In this document: positions 56,798 to 64,000 of the stretch, in pieces
How positions within the stretch are numbered: the first letter of the stretch is position 1
Layout of the letters: each line of letters opens with the position of its first letter
Assembly: GCA_048013815.1 (NCBI GenBank)
Contig: CM106586.1
Coordinates: 6,944,001 to 7,008,000, forward strand
Reading direction: 5' to 3'
Source: Setoptus koraiensis
Lineage: Eukaryota; Animalia; Arthropoda
Length of the DNA: 64,000 nucleotides
Translations under genes and position numbers: made by a program
The notes under the pieces: model-generated
Database searches by the model: none
What the model was told of the DNA's origin: nothing
The model's input: the letters and a program-made list of their open reading frames with translations, nothing else

Positions 56798-59700
56798 CGC
56801 TCTTCTTCCACAAAGAAGCACGGAAAAATCGGCCCCTGGGCGACGTTTCAAGACGTTTCGAAGCATTTCAAAAGGGGCGCACAAGGGGCCAACTTGGTCT
56901 TGCATGCAAATCTGCTGCTGCATCACATGTTCGGTGAGCTCATAAAGTAAAGTTGAGTAAAGTAGTGCAGCCAGCAATCACGGCCAACTGTGATCGTAAT
57001 TAACTTAACACTGTTTGTCTGGTGCCAATTAGCAGTTGGCCCAAAGCGCAGTGCAGCTAATTATAGCTAATAAACCAACCGTCACTGCTGACTTATTTAT
57101 ATGATGCATGTATAGGTTGAGACGAGACGGTTACCGTTAGATGGCCATGACTACTACTGTTTTGGGTCGCCACAATGTGCGTGTGCCAGCGTGAAAAGTC
57201 AAACTACTCAGATTTACTTTTCATTTGTCAACTTTTGTATTCTTGTCACGCTCCGCAGAGAATTCAATTCAAATTTTAAAAGTATATTGATGCCTAAACA
57301 GCGATAAAACAACAAGCAACGACGAGGCAATAGTGTTTTTGATTAGCATCTCCCCGCACACAATTAAGTGAGCAGCGAAGGGCCCAATAACAGCAACTAA
57401 TGGCCTCGATGGGGCGCCTATTAGTTGTTTGTTGGTGGCCGATAGTGGCTGACGAGCCCGCTAGCCCATTAGCGCAAACGCTGGCAAGCGTGCCGAAAGG
57501 ATATTTTCGGGGGCACGCGCGAACACATGCCACACTAATTTGTATGCGGCTCGCGTTCGGCGTGTCAGCACGCGATTCCACAGGATTCGGCAGCGGATTC
57601 GGCAGTCGATTCGGCGGCAGACTCGAGAGCCGCCGATTCGCCAGCAAACAGTAGTGATTGGCACTATTTGCGAAAAACAGCAATTGTTGCGAGTGTGCGC
57701 GTTGCTCGAATTGCCCGAGTGCCGACTTTTTCGCGCGCGCCAACCGCCCGAACGTGTTCCATTCTAACCCGAACATGACAGTTCGGGCTGCGAACGAGGC
57801 CGCGGCCTTGGGTGCCCCCCCCCCTGACAGGTTTTTAGCGGCTAAAAATGGGCGCATTTCGCGCATTTCTAGCCAGTTTTCAGTGTGACCTTGATTTTTG
57901 GCGCCCAATGCGCGCTCGCTCACTGCAAGCACGGCCAGCCAAAAGGAGGTCAACCGTCGCCCATGACCTATCGAGCGAGTGCTTTAAATAGAGACACTGT
58001 TATCTCTGTCATTACAATTATGATTATCTCTGCCATTATTATCATCTCTGTGTATTATTACAGAATTTCGTAGCCGGGCGCGTGCAGTATCGCAATATCG
58101 CTTGTTTACATGGATAAACGAATTGTCGCTTGCATGCAAACGCAACTGCCAGTTGACAGTCGCAGGCACGGCTATAACTTGATTAGAAACTTTCCGATCG
58201 CTTCCTTGTCTGATCATCTCATCATTTTTTGTTTGCATTATGTTTTATCCGATCAGTGTGTGCGTTCGAACTCTCTTAATAGCTCACCTAATTAGCGACC
58301 GACTTTCGTACAACTCTCGCTTTTTCGGGCTAAATCCATGCCCACTGAAAGCCGTTTTGCTCGCCGGTTCGCGACGAAAAACTCGTCGCTGTCATTAGCT
58401 CAATTTAGCTGTGCGTAGACAATGACAACTATTGTTTGTTCTCGGTTGCTAGCTCGCGAGCGAACACTCAACAACCCGGCAGGTTCGACACTGCGCACAC
58501 TAGTCAGTTATCAAGTAGGCGATTCGCTAGAAGTTCGCAGCTCGAATTCGTTATTCGAAATTCGCCGTTCGAATTTCGCCACTCGAATTCGCAGTTGGCG
58601 GCTCGAAGTTCGCAGCTCGCAGCTCGCAATTCGCAATTCGCAATTCGCAGCTCGAAACGAAACTTCGAACTGCGATTCGATTTCGCCGATTCGATTCGAA
58701 ATCGTTCGGAGGGGCAGGGGGAAATTTAGCGCAACTCTTTCGCACTCGACTAGTCGACAACTGGTTGTGTTGCTCGATACATTTTCAATAAATAGCTCTA
58801 GCCCGTGTGTGCGATGATTCTTGATTCTTGAATCGCGACTGACAGCCACCTGTTGCTGCCTGTGGCTGGACTGAGAGACAAGACAAACAGGCCTATTGAC
58901 CGACTTGCGGCCAACAGTTTCGTCTAGACGAGCCACCCGAAATCATCTGATTATCTGGTCTGGTCTGACACAGCACAATGGCAATAGGCGATAGGCAAAA
59001 TTTCAGTGTCATGAAAATTAAAAATTTAATAAAATGCTGTTGATTAATTAATGATGATGAAACAAAGATGAAACAAAAACCAGCCAACTCCTTTCGTAAT
59101 ACTGGCTCGATTGCTGTGTATGATTAGTGTTAGCGGGTTAGCCAACTACTACTAACTAACAGTAAATAAAGTTGTTGTTATGTGTTGCTTGCTATGACAA
59201 CAAATGGACAAATCACGGCCACCACCAATCGGCAGCCACTTTCTATTAATGGCCACTAAATGGCATAATTATTATATAATGGTCTGTCTATGTGCGCTGC
59301 TTGTCGCTATAAATAATAATACAGATAAATTAATCCATCCACTTTTTCAGTCAACACGAACACTCTGTTTAGAGCGAGACCTTGAGCGTTGATTTGGTGT
59401 GCTTTTTTCATGGCGTTGTGTCGCCAGTTTGCGGTTGCAAACTTTGCCAACGTTTCCAGTCCCAGTGACACTTCCTTTAGGGCGCCCCTGAGTGCTCAAG
59501 TGAATCCCTTGAGTGCCCCAATGCGCGCCATTGCGCTCCAGCGACAACAACCACACTGTCTAGTCGACAACAACTTTTCTGACAGTCGTCTCTAATTGTA
59601 GTTTTCCGAAATGCCAGGTTGGCCTCTTTCGAACAATTGTGTATCCGAGTTATGCTATAGTTCGAAAAAAAGAAACTAAACAAAACCTCACTGCATGCGC

Positions 59701-62577
59701 TGGCAACAAAAACCGGCACACAACCTCGAGCAATGTCGCCTCCTCCTGGCGCCATTCCATCTGACAGTAGGTGGTACAGTAAGCACCGGTGGAAATAATT
59801 CGCGTCGCGCCTTTGAAAATTCCGGCCATCGATCAATTTTGATCAATTTCTTTTCTTTGAGTCCATTCATTCATTTGCGTCTAATTGATGCTGTTTGTTT
59901 TGTTTTTTTGCCGAAAGTCGTCCGCCAGAAAGTGATCCGAAGTGTCTCTAAAGAATTTCTTTTTGGACCGGCACTGGGACTGGCATATTTCGGGCAGCAT
60001 TGTCGAGAATTTTCGCCGATTGAGCCGAGCCGCACAGATAATTAATTTGGCTCAGAGATAATTTTGCGTTCATTGGCGAAATTGTGCGATTGGTTCGGTT
60101 GTGTGATTATCATTGTGAACCAATGATAATCATGTTTTTATTTTTTATTTTTATCCCAATTCAGCTCGTAAAAGGCTTATATCCATAGATGCCCATAGCC
60201 TTACCTTGTCAGCGGCATCGGTTAACCTGGCGCATTGTCGCCGTTGACCTCGTGGCAGCACAAACATCTCTGGCACACAAGCAACAGGCCGTGCTGATTT
60301 GCATACCGGCGTGTGCGCATCCATGGTTTCGTCGACGAATTAGCGCCCGTTCGAAGCCACTCTCAATGGAATCGCAGTCCCAGCTGGCAAAATCGATGAT
60401 GTCAGTGGCGGCTAACCGAGAAAGTGACCTGATTTCAATTGACGCACACACACACACGAAAAGGCAACGAAGAGATTCGGTGCCCTCCAACGACAATACT
60501 AGTGCAAGTTAGAGGTCAAGATTGGTAGTTGGCGCGAGCCAACTACCAAAAATAGATTGCAAGCCGCGCGACCTTCACCTCGTTTATGCCACGCGCTTGC
60601 TCGTGGTTCACCTTTGGCCAGCGTAGCGCGTGCAACTCGTTCTTTTTGTCAGCCCGATAGTTGACTAGCAGCTACAACTATAAATAGTCGTCGTCGTCGT
60701 CTCAAATCGTTGGAACGCTTTTGAAAGTTGCTCACCTGAAATCTGTGGCCCGATTGACGCCGGGCCACAGATGCGTGCGCGCCGGAGGTTAAGATACGGC
60801 CTATACCGATTCTTTCGGAGTAACACCAGGGCCACTGTTTGCCCTGGCTGCTCGTGATCCAGTGAGTATCGATTATCGACACCGAGCACAAGGAACAAAA
60901 AATGGGTTCGCGAACAACGATCGCAAACAAATGAATGAACAACAATAGACGAACGCACTGCAATGTTTGCCCTTCACTTTCGGCGCCTATTTCGAGGCCG
61001 GAAAATATGAGGAAAAAAAGTTATATTGAATTATTTATAGGAACAGGAATTTGACCCGAGTGGCAACTCGCAAAGCAAACAACGACCGAAATGTGTTCGA
61101 GCTGCAAGCCGGCCCATTCACCACAATGCAAGCCTTTTGGCCATATTTTTCGTCACACCATGGCATCAGCGACAGCGAACGGGTTCTCGCACTTTTGTTG
61201 TTCGCGCGATACCTGCAAATCTGCCATTCTCATTGCCAGATTTATTCAGATTCACCGAAACAGCGATTAACAGCGGACAGATCGAGAAACAGATCAACGG
61301 AACAAAATAATATAATAACAACACACGAGCAAAACTTTCTCTTTTCGTTGCCGCTGAACACGAACACCAGGGGGTGTTACTATGACCGCTAGGTCGGACG
61401 TGGCGGCAATTGTCTTTGGCTAGTCCATTTTGTCAGTCACTTGAACAACAACAACAACAACAACAACAACTTAACTGTTTACCTCCATTTTTAGCTGCCG
61501 TTACTTGCAATGCAAGCATACACAATGGCCACAGTTTAGTTTACAAACAATTGGTGCAAACCTATTTCCGGCAATGACCTCGCTGACACGACTTCACTTT
61601 CTCTCTCTATTCATGGCGCGCCATAGAAATGGCGCACGCAACTGTCAACTCTTTTTGTTCGGGCCAACGGACGGCGCCTCTCGGGCCGCTGCGACTTAGC
61701 TTGCATCTTGCCTGCGAGCGAGTCATTGTTTTCTGGTATGACCTACTCCGCGAAACAGGCTCCCTTTCGCTGGTGCGCGCCCCGACGAGAAGCCCAAAAA
61801 GAAGCATCACGAGACGAGAGGCCGAGCTTGCAGCTGCCAATTGATCCTTTGCGCGTACCTCTCGGGCCGCCCCGGCCGCTATTTACTGGCCCGCAACACT
61901 CCGGCCCGCATATTTGGCCCGTGTGGCCATGTATGGACACAACTGGCTGGTCATCAATCAACAATGGGATAACTGAGTGGCCCGCGGCACGGGCATAATT
62001 TGGCCCCAGTGACCACTGATTAGCGGATCCACACCTCCCGTTCTAAAGAGCGCCTCCTCCCTTTCCAGTGATCGCCGCCTCCCTTTCCAGTGAGTGCCGC
62101 CTCCCTGCGCACGGTCGCCTTTGTCGGTCATTCAAATGTCCCATTGAATGCCAGCCATTTATTTGATTGGATTGATTTGGTGGGATATTTGAGCCAGTCG
62201 ATGCAGTCTGCCTGACAATGTGCGAATGACTGGAATCGGCTGGAATTTGGACTGTTTGAAAATGGCGCCTAGAAGTGGCCGTTGCGCGCGCCATCTCGCG
62301 CCAATTCGACGAGTTCATTGATGTTCGTGAAGTGGCCCAATGTTGGGGGCCGAGTTGTCGTCACTGAGACAACTCGCCAGCGCGCATTAAAATAATCCAC
62401 TCTAACCCGTATTCGGCGGGGGCCCCTCGGCAAGCTGCTCAGCGAGCGACGAGGCTGGTGTTGTGCCGAAAGGTGCTCGCGTTACGTAATGCGCGTTATT
62501 ATTGGTCAGTGCGGCAGCAGCCCAGCAGCGACGACAAGAATTTCGCTCTCATATTGTTCACTTCTGCCTATTTGAGC

Positions 62578-62579
<2 letters not shown>

Positions 62580-62629
<50 letters not shown>

Positions 62630-62640
62630 GTGTGTGTGTG
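62580..62640. repeat. (GT)n microsatellite
   Basis: Direct inspection. Confidence 0.95.
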
Positions 62641-64000
62641 CGTGCTTGTGTGCCTAGCGGAATTTGCAAGCATATGTTGAAGTAATCAATTATCACGTCA
62701 ACTTTTGTTGGCGATGAGACAAACAGGTGACACAACGAGACACAACAGCGAGCAATTATCCGTTACGCGTGTACGTGATAATGTAGTTGTTTCTGGCTGA
62801 TTTATGAGGCCAGCAGTAGACAAAGCGACCACGACAACTGGCGGCCAGAGCGCGTTATTTGCAGCGTTATTAACAAACGGCAAGCCGAAACGTAAACAAC
62901 GCGTAATCATAACAAGCCTACGACATACACAAATAAACGGCTCGCCAGGTAATTCAAGATAAGAGTGCTGTATCCATCCAAGTTGTTGTAGGTAGCGCCA
63001 AAACGGTCGCTCACATAACAGGATATAACCATATGTAATAATATGTAATAATGGATCAAGCGAATATACACAGCAAACAGCCACAATAGACAAACAATAA
63101 ACAGACCAACAGCTAGCAAACAAACGCAAAATACCGTTGCGCCTCGTCAACCATTTCGAACATCATCGTTCCTTCATCCGATTCACCCGATTCATCCCAT
63201 TGCTGCAAGTAGTAAATGTGATTGTTCTGCAGACAGACAGATAATAGTAACGTTACAAACGAATTTAAATGATATCGATTTGATAATAATGATGGCATCG
63301 TGCTCGCTGGCTTTCGGCGCTGGCGCTACTTGACGTGCGGTCACACGTCATGCAACGGTGTCCATTCTGAGAAAAAGTCTTTATAAGCGCGCCATTAATT
63401 TCATGCAACTAGACGCAAACACGCCGCATCATTAGGCAACAACGTGTTTTCATTTACAAACTCATTAGTTAACTCGACAAACAACTCATTTAGTCACACC
63501 AAGGCACATACGAAATATCGACACATTATTGTACAATAACTCAACAAATAACTGACCAATCGATGTTGGGCATCCAGTCGAACTGGATTGTCTAATTGAA
63601 TGTCAAACCGAAATCAACCAATGACATTTTCGCGTACCTATTTCGCTAGGCTTGGCAGGCTAGTTGCAAACACACGACGACACATATAATAAGTGAGTTA
63701 CTGCAACGCTTACATACTGTTATATAATCATACTTGTGTAACAGCATACAAAGCTAACGGCAGCTAACGGTTTATAATGACGTAACAATGCACAACTACA
63801 TCCCATGTATGTGCCAGTGACATGTATTGCCATTATAATGACCTATTATACAAACTAATGAGCTACTTTTGTGTTCCATATGGACACGACATTGGGCGCT
63901 GTTATTGTTTTGAAAAATTGAATAATTGAGGCACAACAATAAGCTACGCGGGCCCGCAGAAAACAAATTAAACACACCACCACAAATAGCACGATAAACG

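Noticed and set aside
57294-57953. 219-aa minus-strand ORF
   Set aside because: No recognisable homology; partly repeat-derived.
58993-59012. Partial resemblance to miR-87 (gcaaaatttcag)
   Set aside because: The seed differs and there is no complementary arm.
62698-63298. Possible terminal exon(s) of a minus-strand gene beyond the window (NNHIYYLQQWDESG...)
   Set aside because: A plausible acceptor near 63228, but no recognisable protein motif; cannot be supported.

Overview
Eukaryotic (animal) genomic DNA with short GT-AG introns of about 100-140 nt. The LC3C-type Atg8, compact genes and heavy CAA/CA microsatellite load suggest a small-genome arthropod, possibly an acariform mite; this is inference, not established. 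The window has two compositional domains. (1) An AT-rich, gene-dense block (about 1-14 kb) holds LC3, MFSD6-like, a chimeric truncated LC3 paralog, RNF11, a typical 2-Cys peroxiredoxin, a classical SDR and an F-box/LRR gene. (2) A GC/CpG-rich, repeat-rich block (about 15-62 kb) holds two same-strand, C2B-only RIM (Rim/unc-10-like) paralogs about 25 kb apart and a six-exon nrf-6-like acyltransferase-3 gene, whose exons I assembled by hand with consistent phases. Best leads: an intact ORF fusing an LC3 N-terminal fragment (no lipidation Gly) to a chromo-shadow-like domain at the junction of a collapsed tandem duplication; a short upstream ORF retained in both RIM paralogs behind a conserved splice acceptor; and a near-identical 1.25-kb tract between the otherwise diverged RIM paralogs. 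No rRNA, tRNA, CRISPR or recognisable transposase was found. All homology calls are from motif recognition, not database searches.
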